Shown: piece by piece, positions 14,194 to 26,028 of the stretch
Numbering within the stretch: position 1 is the stretch's first letter
Layout: each line of letters begins with the position of its first letter
NCBI GenBank assembly: GCA_910592345.1
Contig: CAJVPI010000032.1
Location: 1-64,000, forward strand
Reading direction: 5' to 3'
DNA: 64,000 bases
From: Paraglomus brasilianum
Lineage: Eukaryota
Notes under the pieces: generated by a model
Database searches by the model: none
Told to the model about the DNA's origin: nothing
Seen by the model: the letters and a program-made list of their open reading frames with translations, nothing else
Made by a program: the position numbers and the translations under genes

Positions 14194-15819
14194 ATGCCCG
14201 CTAACCTTAGTATAAAAGCGCTTCCTTTGGAAAGCGTCAATCCAAAGCAAATTCTATCTCCCTCGGCGCTACTACCTTCCGCTCACCTATTCATGTTAAA
14301 AGTAACAACCTCGATATCTCCGCCTGTAAGCAAATTATACAAGATAACCGTAGAACAGTCCAACCATCTCATGCAAAAGTCAATCCTTTTCCATGATTTG
14401 GCTACACAATACGCTAGCGTTGCATCACAGTCAGTTGCTACGGGCGAGCTTTCGGCTGAAGAAGAGCAGCAACTTGTAGAGGAGGCTCAAGGTCTACCCA
14501 TGATTTACGTGGAAGCACCTGTTGAACGCGTTGAGATAATCGATGCATTGTTGGACTGGCTTTTCTCGTCTTGCGATGCTGACGATATCAATGAAACGCT
14601 GTCTTCGTCGCTGGCGTCGAAGATTCAATCTACCCAGGATTTCTTCTCGTTGATCAACTTTGCTACTCTCTTGAACTTGTTCGAGCCTTACTGTAGCGCA
14701 GTCGACGAAATACTCGTTTATTATTACTTTGGCCTATCTACCGAGGACAGAAGAACTACGATTTTGGCGCATGATCAATTCATCGAAGGACTTCTCCCCG
14801 GTAGATTTGCGAGGAGGTTGGTCGAGGTAGTGGCAGAGGATGAAGCAATAGAAATCATTAAAGCGTTCTTTAGAGCAACATGCATTTATTGTGACGAGGA
14901 CGAAAAGGATGCAGAGGGATACTTTGATACATATGTACATGATGAAGAGATGGCGTTTATTAGCGAGTCTGGTTTCGACTTGATGAACTTTCCCAGCCCA
15001 CCCACGTCTACTCACCAAGACCTTATCATGAAAACTATTGGCCGTGAAAATGTTCCTAATACTCCATTCTCCCCATTTGATTATGCTGAGCCACCAACCC
15101 CGCTGGGATCGGCATATATGTGCATACCACCAGGGACTCCAGCAACCCCATCATCTCAGCGTATACGACCGAGATCCATGACAATTGGTGCAGTTACGCC
15201 AAAGAGCCCCATGTTGCAGCATGCTCCTCCTAATACTCCTGCCACACCATTCTCGCTTTTAACTCCAACACCGACTAAAGGAAAATTTGAAGATAACTCT
15301 TCGAAAGTTCCACCGAATACGCCTGCTTCTCCAGCATTCAGTCAATCTGTTGGAAGCCCGACAGGTCGGTCTTTTGATAACGTTTCCAGTGTGCCTCCAA
15401 ACATACTAAACGTACTTGAATCGGCTGGCTTATCTGGTGATCTACCTAATGTCTCAAAGACTCCCATGACGTGTCCAAATATTCTCGAGCATAATGTCAA
15501 GGACAATAATGACGAAAACGATAACAATAATTATAACAACAACAATAACTACAATAATTCTAGTAGTCTCTCACCTAGTATCTGTAATAATCTCCTATCA
15601 CCGTCTTCACCTTATCTTCCTATTGCACCACCAAACTCTCCTGCATCTCCTTCAAAATCGCGGACAGTGTCTGAAAATTATCAATTAAGCGTTCCGTCTA
15701 TTCCTTTAAATAATTCTAAGACTGGTATAGTGCAAGGAATGGACGGCAACAATTCGTCCATTCGTCGCAAGATATTTGAATATGCGCTGAGTAAAATGGG
15801 AACTCGTCGCTTCTTGTAA
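14194..15819 (+). CDS. 541-aa single-exon protein: possible BTB/POZ-like N-terminal fold plus a Pro/Ser/Thr-rich disordered tail
   Basis: Long clean ORF. N-terminal 'LMQKSILFHDL...IIDALLDWLF...FFSLINFATLLNL' resembles the BTB/Skp1 pattern (inference). The tail has repeated PPNTPA[S/T] motifs and an Asn-rich tract. Confidence 0.8.
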   Translation: MPANLSIKALPLESVNPKQILSPSALLPSAHLFMLKVTTSISPPVSKLYKITVEQSNHLMQKSILFHDLATQYASVASQSVATGELSAEEEQQLVEEAQGLPMIYVEAPVERVEIIDALLDWLFSSCDADDINETLSSSLASKIQSTQDFFSLINFATLLNLFEPYCSAVDEILVYYYFGLSTEDRRTTILAHDQFIEGLLPGRFARRLVEVVAEDEAIEIIKAFFRATCIYCDEDEKDAEGYFDTYVHDEEMAFISESGFDLMNFPSPPTSTHQDLIMKTIGRENVPNTPFSPFDYAEPPTPLGSAYMCIPPGTPATPSSQRIRPRSMTIGAVTPKSPMLQHAPPNTPATPFSLLTPTPTKGKFEDNSSKVPPNTPASPAFSQSVGSPTGRSFDNVSSVPPNILNVLESAGLSGDLPNVSKTPMTCPNILEHNVKDNNDENDNNNYNNNNNYNNSSSLSPSICNNLLSPSSPYLPIAPPNSPASPSKSRTVSENYQLSVPSIPLNNSKTGIVQGMDGNNSSIRRKIFEYALSKMGTRRFL

Positions 15820-16499
15820 TATAGTATGTTAAGATGGGTGATAATTATTATTTTTAATAGACATCCAATGTCTCTTCTTAAAATCTGCTGATAGATTGTA
15901 TAGAGCTACCTATTAATAAAGTAATCTTCCGTTTGATAACATGGAATAAGCGGAATTCTTACCACCATTGACATCATCTATGGATAGGGATAGTACATTA
16001 CATATGCCGTGTATGCCATGTCATTTAGTATAGTGTAAAGGTTGATTTAGCAATAAATTTATCATATTCGGACTTACGGACTACCCAAATAGGACTTGTC
16101 CCAATACAAAGATTAACTCATGAAAGGGTTTTTTGCATGTGTCCAGGTTCTCCCAGAGTTGGTTATTTTTGGACTAAGTACGACTGAAGATCTAACATAT
16201 TTATTCATCTTCACTAATAATGACAGCCTACACGACGGCCATATTAATCAATGAATGTCATACGCAATTGAATCTGATCATCGTTAGACAATAAGTTCTT
16301 ATTCGAACAGAAAATATCGTCTTCAGTATATCCCAATTGATTTCATTGTCCCTTAGTAAGTAAGCTCTTGCTTACAGCTGTCGATACATTCTTCCTCTCT
16401 TAATAATAAATCGGGACATTCAATGGCGCCTTTACTCTGTGTAGTAGCGTTCTTTATTAGCGGTATGTTGGACGGACGTTAAAGGCGTTTATGTTGCTT

Positions 16500-18919
16500 T
16501 TACTTGCTCGATCCAGTTTTTATATGTGTCCATAAATGTTGTGGTCGATGTGATTTATATTTAGCATAATACAATCCACATGCTTATTACAATCAAAGTC
16601 AAAAATTAGTAATCATATCACTTTACGGAATTGCATATGCAATTTCTTACCATTACAAAGTTTCTGATCTGATGTTTCCCCCGCTCTCCATCCAGGGGTA
16701 TCACTCGTACCACAATTATAACATGAAAGACCAGCTACATTATGTAGAGATATAATCAGTATGATTAATGATCGTTCAATGACAATATTAACGTGTCATT
16801 TACCCGGATTGTTACCCCATCCGCTTGTCTTCTTTTCGTGAGATTTCTTTGATTTAGGGTATGGTACTACGCTGGTTGGCTCATATTCATTAAGGAAATA
16901 CTGTGTCTCATTCTTCTCTAGAAATCTGCATAAATATATCAGACAGACACCGTTAGAGCATAATATCAAAAATATTTTCTTACAATACGATAAGACTAAA
17001 TTAAATATATCGCTCCTCGAATCCGGGCTTCCCAATCAACCAGAACAGTGATCATCGAAAGGAAATTAGTGATCCTAATCAAAATTATATCACGCTTCTT
17101 TTCACTTTAAGCCAATGCCTACCTTAAAAAATTCACCAGATGTTCAACCAGAGAAACAGCCGTAGCCTCGTCAATATTCGTATGAGCAAGCAGCTGAGGA
17201 AGCTCGACTATAAACAAATAACCGAACAATCAGCTTCTTAAAGCGGCAACAATTTCACCATCCGCATACAAACCCTTACCAAATAATCTTAACAAATGCT
17301 CTGCACCATATATTTCAGAGTAAGTCTTGTCTTCATATTTTGTCTTCATATCAGAGAGCTGCTGTCTCTCAGATGCATAAAGAAGCATGGTAGAAAGGAC
17401 CTTTTCGAAATATACTTTTATACCATTTGCTACCTCGGAGTGAATATCAGATCTAAACAATGGCGAAAATGTTTTTTCGGACGTGAATGCCATGTTGAGG
17501 AAAAGTCGATGATCGCGTAGAAACTTACCTTTCACCCTTGGCTATTGCGGCTTTTGATTTCTCATCGATGTATTGATTCAAAATCTCAATGACCGTAGGT
17601 TGACGGGGCAATGGAACAAGCTACAACATTGGTATATGTTTATAATACTCGTCAGTGGCGAATGAAGTGCATCATTACAGCCAACGAAAACAGGCCACGC
17701 GGTCTCTCCAAACAAATACACTCGTCACTAACCTCTCCACGTAATATAATATGTTCCCAATCGTCAATCAGTTTAGCCTTGAGCGCCTCGGGAATAGACA
17801 CTTGCAACTCTGGCCGGTTCAAAAACTCGGCTTCCTAAAACAAATCCGATATCACAGTTAGGAACTGCTATCATACCGCTTCTCATACAGCCTACTAACG
17901 CACTCTATACACTTACCAGTTCTCTCTCCTCGGGCGTAAGATCAGCTCTTTTGTAATAAACGCCCGAAGGATCTTTTTTCCCTTTGCTATCTTTGGCCAC
18001 TGCATTATTCTCCTTGAATTCGCCAAGATCATCCGTATCTTTCATATTAACGTCGCCATCGTTATCACTTTGACTATTTTTCTTTTCGAGTTTTGTTTTC
18101 TTAGTCTTTCTTTTTGATTCTGATACTGTTGTGTCAGCAGATCTCTTTTGAGTGATTCTTTTTTGTAGCACCTTGACCTCTTCCACCGGCTTGTCATCTA
18201 ATTAAGTATGTAAAGTCAAGAGTGATTATTAATAAATTGATATCAAATAGATCGCTAGCACGTTATGGCGCATTTTACCTTACGAGATACCTTACCGCTT
18301 GTCTTATCAGTGCTTTTCTCAGAAAGCTTTGAAGATGACTTTTTTTTGCCAACCATGCCGGAATTACCACCCGAAGGAGTATACACCGTTTTTAGTTGTC
18401 GTTGCCTTTCAAGATTGGCCTCGTTCAATTTGACAACCCTTGCTTCTGGTACCCATTCATCCCACCTAAAAGGTACAGGATCGACGAATGAGCAGTTAGC
18501 CTCGACAAAAAAACGCGTGAAACGAAGGAACTAGCATAAAAAACAAAAAACCTACGTGCTCTTCCAGCCTTTGTAGTGCACGTAATAATGGGGTCCACTT
18601 TCGTCGGAAGATTCTCTCCCAACCCAATACTCTGCTTTCAACACCTGGAAAGACGCGTTAATTGGTGTGGCGGAATGTAAAAATGGAGGGACTTTGTTAG
18701 ATATATGTCTTTCTTAAGTACTCGCACTATAGCCACACTTTTGATCACACGTCAAATTTTTCACTCTAAAAACATGCGCCGTCCCACGAAATAAGGATTT
18801 CTCAGAACGTCAATACTACGTACTTTAGCTTCATATAATAGTGGTCCGTGAAAGCAAAGAACTTGCTCATTATCAGCAAATGTTAGTTTGCCTCCAGCGG
18901 AATCGGGTGCAGCAGACAT
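16500..18919 (-). CDS. EAF3: Eaf3/MRG15 chromo-barrel + MRG domain protein with a C-terminal GATA zinc finger, multi-exon
   Basis: VLCFHGPLLYEAK, YYVHYKGWKSTWDEWV (chromo barrel); IPEALKAKLIDDWEHI, LPRQPTV, YFEKVLSTMLLYASERQQ, YGAEHLLRLF (MRG). Exons 16651-16734 and 16500-16582 add CYNCGTSDTPGWRAGETSDQKLCNACGLYY. Confidence 0.92.
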
Positions 18920-19091
18920 TGTTTTTGTCGTTCAGTTTAACTAATCTCGAAACAACAACGTTGATTTACAAGAGAATTTGAGATATTTAACCATGTGTCA
19001 TGATTTGGTAACACAAGTAACTGAACAATAATGAATTTTCCAAAATAGCAATTATGTTACTCTAGAATTCCATTTTAAACATGACTAAGTA

Positions 19092-19239
19092 CACAGGCAA
19101 ACTCGATAAGTCGGTCTCGATGATTCAATTTTGGCCTCAGAAGGCCAAAACTTTCCAAGCCCTTTTCTCAGTTTTAATATTTAAAATCTCTCGATAAGTC
19201 GGTCCATCATACATGACCGACTTATCGAGTTTGCCTGTG
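19092..19239. mobile_element. ~150 bp MITE, Tc1/mariner-pogo type
   Basis: Perfect terminal inverted repeats CACAGGCAAACTCGATAAGTCGGTC / GACCGACTTATCGAGTTTGCCTGTG, flanked by TA on both sides. An internal partial copy (CTCGATAAGTCGGTC) lies near 19190. Confidence 0.85.
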
Positions 19240-21194
19240 TACTCTGTGAAAAATTACTATAACGCGAACCCCAATTTATTATGTTTCTAAAAGTTCTTTC
19301 TTGCGGCGCGTTTTACTTTAGAGTATAATTAATTCCATCGATAGAGGGTAGAGTTATAACTGCAGTGTAATTGACAATCGAGAATCTGCGTATAGCGTAA
19401 GAATCGTGAGTATCTAAACCCAATTTAAAGGCCACTAACTGTATCGGCTATTTAAGCAGTAGAGGTTATCCAAGCCTCGATTGGAAGAGCTAAATCCAAG
19501 GCCAATTACTGAACGCTCTCCCGATAGTTGACTCGAAAAATACAATAGCAACTTGCATTTTGATTGGAGTTTGTTGTTTAGACACAGAAGATTGATAAAC
19601 AGGATGGTCAGAAATACAACTAAGAGGTTTGTGAAAAGTAGATTCAGTTATGTGAAGTGAGTTTTGAAACAATAATTAGGACTGTCATTATTGAGATTAT
19701 AGGAAACGCGTTTGTCCATTTGTTTTCGAATTTTTGGCACTTGAATAATATGTCGTGTCAACACTGTGGATTTAGCTTTCTTTCTAGCAGAGCTGTGGTT
19801 TCTCCTACTTAAGTTAAATATGACAGTTGGTGACCTTAAACCAGGCTCACAATCTACAGTGTGTAACAAAAAAAAGGGAAAGTTTGTCGTATGGCTTAAT
19901 AATCACTATCACCCAACTTGCGAGTCAAAACAAACGTAAAGTTCTGCTTTATATATAATAAAAACTTATTTTGACATTGTCATAACTTTTTTTGTGATCT
20001 ATTTTCAAAAGTTGACCAAAAGTGCTCTCGTCAAATCTATTACACTCTGGAACAATGGCAAAGCAATTGCACATTTGTCATTGAAAACTTTGCTGTTAAT
20101 GACATAAACATATTTTAGCAACAGTCCGGATTTAAATTTAATTAGAAATCTCTGCAAGATAAATGTAGAAAAAAGAATTAATTTAGCTAACTCTATGAAA
20201 ACGCGCCGCAAGCTTTTTGTTGAAAAAAAAAATGGTGAAAGGACACTTGCTATATTAACTTGTCGTTAAATAAATCTACGTTTCAAATGAGCTGCTTTGC
20301 TTTTTTTCATCCTTTCTTATAATCCTAGATGGTTATGGTTATTCGCCCTCGAGTTAATCGACTATTCCATCCGATGGAAGCCTATAGGTTGGAGTATACT
20401 GATACTTGTATTTATCTAAAATGCATTTCGTAATGCCATAAGAATATCTACGGACAAGAACGATATTCCTAATCGATATAGGGATAAGTGGTTCACAACT
20501 ATTACTATAGTTATCAGAGAACGAATCTATTTCAAAATACATTAATAAAAGAATTTATGGTAAGCGAACATTATGTGAACACTATGTGACCATTAAAAAA
20601 CGCGCTTCTTATATAACTATCGAACTGTCATTTCTACCTATTATTGGCTGCTTGTGGTGTACCTGTCAAATATATATGGTTTCACGATCAGAGTTATGCA
20701 GAAATTAGGGAAGAAAACGTCATTATTCTCCACAATATCATGTTCAGTATCTAACAGAATAGCCTCTGATTCTAATTGTCTCAGCAACAGTAACAACACA
20801 ATGAGAGTAAAAATGATAACTTTATTATTATTGTCATTATTGAATAACAAATCATGCTATATATTTCTGTTTCTTTATTACAAAATACAAATATGATGTA
20901 TAATAATGCAAGCTCTAGTAACAATGATCTTAATCACTCATGCAATGCAAAAAGGCTGATAGAGGATTCTGGATTACCATTTATATAACACTAGAGATTT
21001 TTACTGGCGTTCATGATACGAGCGTGGATATCTGGTCAGTTGGGTATCTGATTTTGACAAGTTAACTTTCAGCCACATCAGCCTCTCATTTATGTCACAT
21101 AATAAAACGTTCACCTTGTCTGGTTTTGTTACAGCATGCCCCATATATATAATATAGTTATGCTGTCAGAAACAATGCAACTTTTGTTAAAAAT

Positions 21195-21336
21195 GTGCCT
21201 ATAAAGAGGTTGTGACTATATAGAGGGTTTTTTCTATAAGTTCAATAGTAATTGGTTCTCAAACATGGTGTGCTTATAAAGGGGTTTTTTATATGTTGTG
21301 CTTATAGAGGGGTGACTATAAAGAGGGTTGACTGTA
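21195..21336. mobile_element. Solo right end of a pogo/Tc1-like element with subterminal repeats
   Basis: Five degenerate GTG(A/C)(C/T)TATA(A/T)AGAGGG-like units ending in ...GAGGGTTGACTG-TA. No matching left TIR seen. Confidence 0.55.
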
Positions 21337-24076
21337 TATATACAGTACAGTCATATTAAATAAACCAATCAAGATTTCGATATTATCTGCATGCGCGTGC
21401 TAAGATTAACAATTCAAAACAAAAAACCCGGGGTTTCACACTGTATCTCGCGCTATAATACTAAGTAGAAAATTATTTTTACACCCGCTATTTTGTCAGA
21501 TATAGTTGCTGATAAGATTAAATTGCTATGCGAGTACGGCGGCCTCCCAAGTACTTTTTATTCGAATGAGTAACTGCCAAGTCTGTATTCGAGTTACTTC
21601 TTTAGTGACAATAAGTGGAACGTGTTTCACGTGATATCCAATAACTAACATACCTTCGTTCATCACTCGCTGGAGCCATTACTTCAAACATACAAGTCGA
21701 GTAAGTTACTAATCATTCACCGCGAGAAACAATAGTCATTAAGACTTTCATTCCCTCGGCAGAAAAGCTTGTTCTCCATTGAAACGAACAGCAATATCAA
21801 CATAGCATAACAATAAATGATTTAAATAGAAGAAATCGGCTTGACAATTTACATTGAGTGTTAATGCATTTTTGGTGAATCATTAACCGCATTCCGACAA
21901 GCATCACAGTCGTGTCATAAGTTCGGATAAAATCAATTGTGAACAATATTATTTCGACGGTTGGAATTTAATCATGTATTTCATTTGATCTTTCGCATCC
22001 AAATTAGAGAACTTTTCGAACTATTACATTTTGAAACTTGAATACTTTGAACGTTGGAACTCGATTAAATTATATCTGGCAGCTAACCTTTTTATAACAA
22101 TTTCAGTCAATTTGAACATGAAATATTTTCCAAGTTTGAAAGGCACAGAGATTTTCAAAATTAAAAGTCTTACTAGTAAATTTAGAGAAGTAGCTAATAC
22201 CATTTTTATACGTTCTTGGCAAAGGACAAGATCTGGTCTGGACCTGATTCATAATATAATATAAATATAATATAAGATATAGATATAGATATAGTAAATT
22301 TGGAATGACCAGATGTACAGAAAATATACTTGATTAATATCATTCCTTTCAATGAATTTGACAAACTTTATGAAATTAAGCTGGCAGATCTCATTAACCG
22401 TCTTTCCACGCGATTTTATTGAAATTGATGTGCCTACAATCGAAGATATTGCCGCAAAAAGTACAAGAAAAGAAGTCCGAAGATTTGAGACGACTGGAGA
22501 TCACTTGCAACCTATTATTGCATTTGACCAAGTTCTTACTGCTGCGAACAAGAATAGACTTTGAAGTAGACAGTAAAGTGTTTGCGAATACAGAAAGAGC
22601 TTCGTTCAACGAAAAATTGATTCGTTTTTTGTTCGTGAGTAAATAATAATGCGGTGGCTTAAATTACTCGCATACATGTTGTGATGTCGATTTTAAACCT
22701 AGTTGCTGGATAAAACTGACATCTGGATCCTGTCGCTTAACCCGAGTCACTTGTATTAATGGGTTTCTAAAATGGTAAATGTTCTTTGAAATGCTGCTGA
22801 CTCTTGTCTCAAACCCAAGTGTTAATTAGAAAAGCCAAATATTAGCTGCGATAGCTACAATATACACAATAAATTTATTGATTTTAATTGTGTACCCTTA
22901 AAGTATGAAGGGTTAATACTCAATCCAAAGCCTTATACTTACTCATACGTGTGTTGCTCGATAATTATTTGGTATAGAGGCAGCAGCGCATTTGCTTGCC
23001 TAGCTTGCGGGTTGAGTAAATAACTTTGTTAAATAATCTGAGTTTAGCTCAGGTTTTACATTGAACATAGTCTTGAATTCTTCCGCAACATCAATATTAG
23101 TTTTGCTTCATTTTATCTAATTTCAACGGCTTGAATTATTAAGTCAGAAAGCGTGCATCATTATAAAAGCTCGGATGCGATCAGAATTGTGTTTATTAAT
23201 ACATATAATGCAAGAACCAAACTCATTAATTTCATTTCAACACGTTATCCAACTGTTTCTACGACCAATAAGATCACGTTTTGACTAGCTTGGTTTTGTT
23301 TTGCATTATGCATAAAACGTAGCCACTTTGCGCTTGAATATATTCAGTGACATGCCCATATAAACGGTTAATCGGTGACGGCCGAAGGCAACATTGTCCT
23401 GGTTCAAGTCATTCTGTTTCGTTTAAACGAGCTTGTCTTCTGTGGCAATCAAGTAATTAAGTTCTATAATAATACTTGTATTGATAAACAATGATAAGAG
23501 TAACTAAAAATGTCGTGGCTGATTGGTGTGGAAATATCCGAAATCAAGTTTTTTTAAATGGGTCATGAAAGATTCGTCACATTCCCTTACATGACACAAT
23601 GGTCATTGTCGTCATGTCGCCACATGCCATATTAGACGAGATTCGCTGAAAATATGCGAAACGTCAATCTTTGTTATTATTTGCTGTCGACACATCTGAG
23701 ATTCCGTCTCACTCCGACACCCTTTAAATAAATGTCGTGTGAAGACCTATCCATGTCAAAAGTACTCACGGATCCACCTCTCGTCAAAAAAGAAACAATA
23801 AAACGTACTGACACTTGAGCCCCCATTATTACTCGAAGCACTGTGCTATACTTCACAATAGAATTTATATTTCTGGTATGCCTATAACGCCCGCGCGTGG
23901 TGCGATCTGTTGAATTCGTTGCGTCGTTCCCTCATTGTGAGCAATTCTGTAAACGTTACCACCTAGCTGCTTCAGAATCGTAACGCGTCGTGCTTGTTGT
24001 ATGCGCTTCACACGGCTATACTAACCAAGAAACAGCTCCCCTCTGTTTTATTCCAACTCGTAGTTACACATAAAGA

Positions 24077-25480
24077 ATGAAATTTATCCGAGTCGCACCT
24101 TTAGACGTTCCATTCGAAAGGCGACGCCAGACGGCTGTGGTCTTCTTATGGCTGATATCACTACCAGTCACATTATTTATATTCTTCTTCATGTGTACAG
24201 TCCCGTTCTTCTGGCCATTTATTATCACATATTTATTGTTCTTATTATTCGACATTGCGCCTGAGAATGGAGGGAGGCGATTTGAATGGGCACGAAAGGC
24301 ACGATTCTGGAAGTGGTACGCAGATTACTTTCCGATTAGTTTGATCAAGGTGAGAGCAAATAGATTAGTCTTTTCTGGGTGTTTGAATCGTGTGACTGAC
24401 GACGTTGTCTTCATTTGAACAGGAAGCCGATTTAGATCCGTCCAAGAATTACATATTTGGTATTTTGACAAAAGCTCTGCTGTCCCTTGTAAAAGCTTAT
24501 TCTAAACTTAATTTCAATTGTTTAAACAACAAGGTTATCATCCACATGGTGTGATCGCAGTTGGAGCATGGACCAACTTTGCAACCGAAGCAACTGACTT
24601 CTCCAAATTGTTCCCTGGCTTAATTGTTCGTCTCTTGACGCTGACTAGTAATTTTAGCATTCCTTTCTATCGAGATCATGTGATGTTTCAGGGAGTAGCT
24701 TCAGTGTCTCGGGCGTCTTGCCGGAATATATTGAACATGGGTCCAGGACACTCGGTCATGATAGTTGTTGGTGGCGCAGCAGAAAGTTTAAACGCGCGTC
24801 CCGGAGTGTACGATTTGACCCTGAAGAAGAGATTGGGATTCGTCAAACTGGCTGTGCAAAATGGGTACGTATTAGGGATATAATTTCTGTAGTTATTGAC
24901 ATTTGCCTATTGATGACGTGTGGTTCATATGCGATCGTGTAAACGAACCTTTGCTTTAACAGAGCGTGTCTTGTTCCCGTTTTTTCATTCGGTGAAAATG
25001 ACATCTGGGAGCAAGTTGATAACGAGCAAGGTGGCATTGTGTGGAAGTTACAGAAAAATATGCAACGATTACTTGGATTCACTCTTCCACTCTTCCATGG
25101 ACGCGGCGTGTTTAATTGTGAGCAGAGTTTTATCTATATTTGAGACAAGTGACTTGAACGTTTTTTATACTGATTCCGCGCATATACACAACCCGTAGAC
25201 AATGTAGGACTAATGCCACATAGAAGGCCTATTACAACAATTGGTAAGTATGAAATGACCTTGGAAACGTAATCATAGTCAATGCTGTCGTTCCTTACTT
25301 TCAATCGCTGCTTTTCATATAGTCGGGAATCCAATAGAAGTTACACAGAAAGATAACCCAACCGAAGAAGAACTCAGGACAATCCAACAAAAATATATCG
25401 ATGAATTGTTTCGTATATGGGAGACTTACAAAGACACATACGCTGAAAATAGGAAAAAGGAGTTGACTTTAATTGATTGA
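24077..25480 (+). CDS. DGA1: Diacylglycerol O-acyltransferase (DGAT2 family), multi-exon
   Basis: APLDVPFERRRQT, YFPISL, GYHPHG, VVGGAAESL, RLGFVKLA, LVPVFSFGEND, PLFHGRG, GLMPHRRPITTIVGNPI, ending ELTLID*. A likely non-coding 5' exon/intron lies at 23876-24063. Confidence 0.95.
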
Positions 25481-26028
25481 ACAAAATGTAATTAATATAC
25501 CAGTACTCTTACAAATTGAAATGATCCTAACTAGAGTAGTGATGCTAGGTCGGCTGTCAAAAAATGGATTGTAAAACCGTTTAAAACATTTATAAACACA
25601 GAGTATAATCAAATACTTGAATAATTAGATTTGCAGGATCGACAATTAAAGTATTTGCTTGTGCCCAGAGAGTGATTTCCAGATTAAGGTCGGGTCTGTT
25701 TGTTGAACACTACGATCAACTAACTAAAATAGGATTAATCTTCTGCTAATACAACTTCCATTATTCGTGTAACTGATGGCCAGATTTTAATGACACAATT
25801 TTTGTTATCGTTATGTCGATGCCTGTTTGGGAATTACCAGCCAGCATACGCTGTCATAAAACTCACTGATCAAGAAGATTATACATAGTTGATTAATTTA
25901 TTTGTAACATGTACAATAACAACCGTTGTGCAAAATAGTGAATTCTGTTCGCTCTACAAATAAAGAAGCGGTGATGGGGATCATAACACGATTGTAGCGC
26001 TCAACCGTGAAAATAACAAACTCCATCT

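Noticed and set aside
20350..22650. Short ORF fragments that may be gene relics
   Set aside because: No family could be assigned from the sequence alone.
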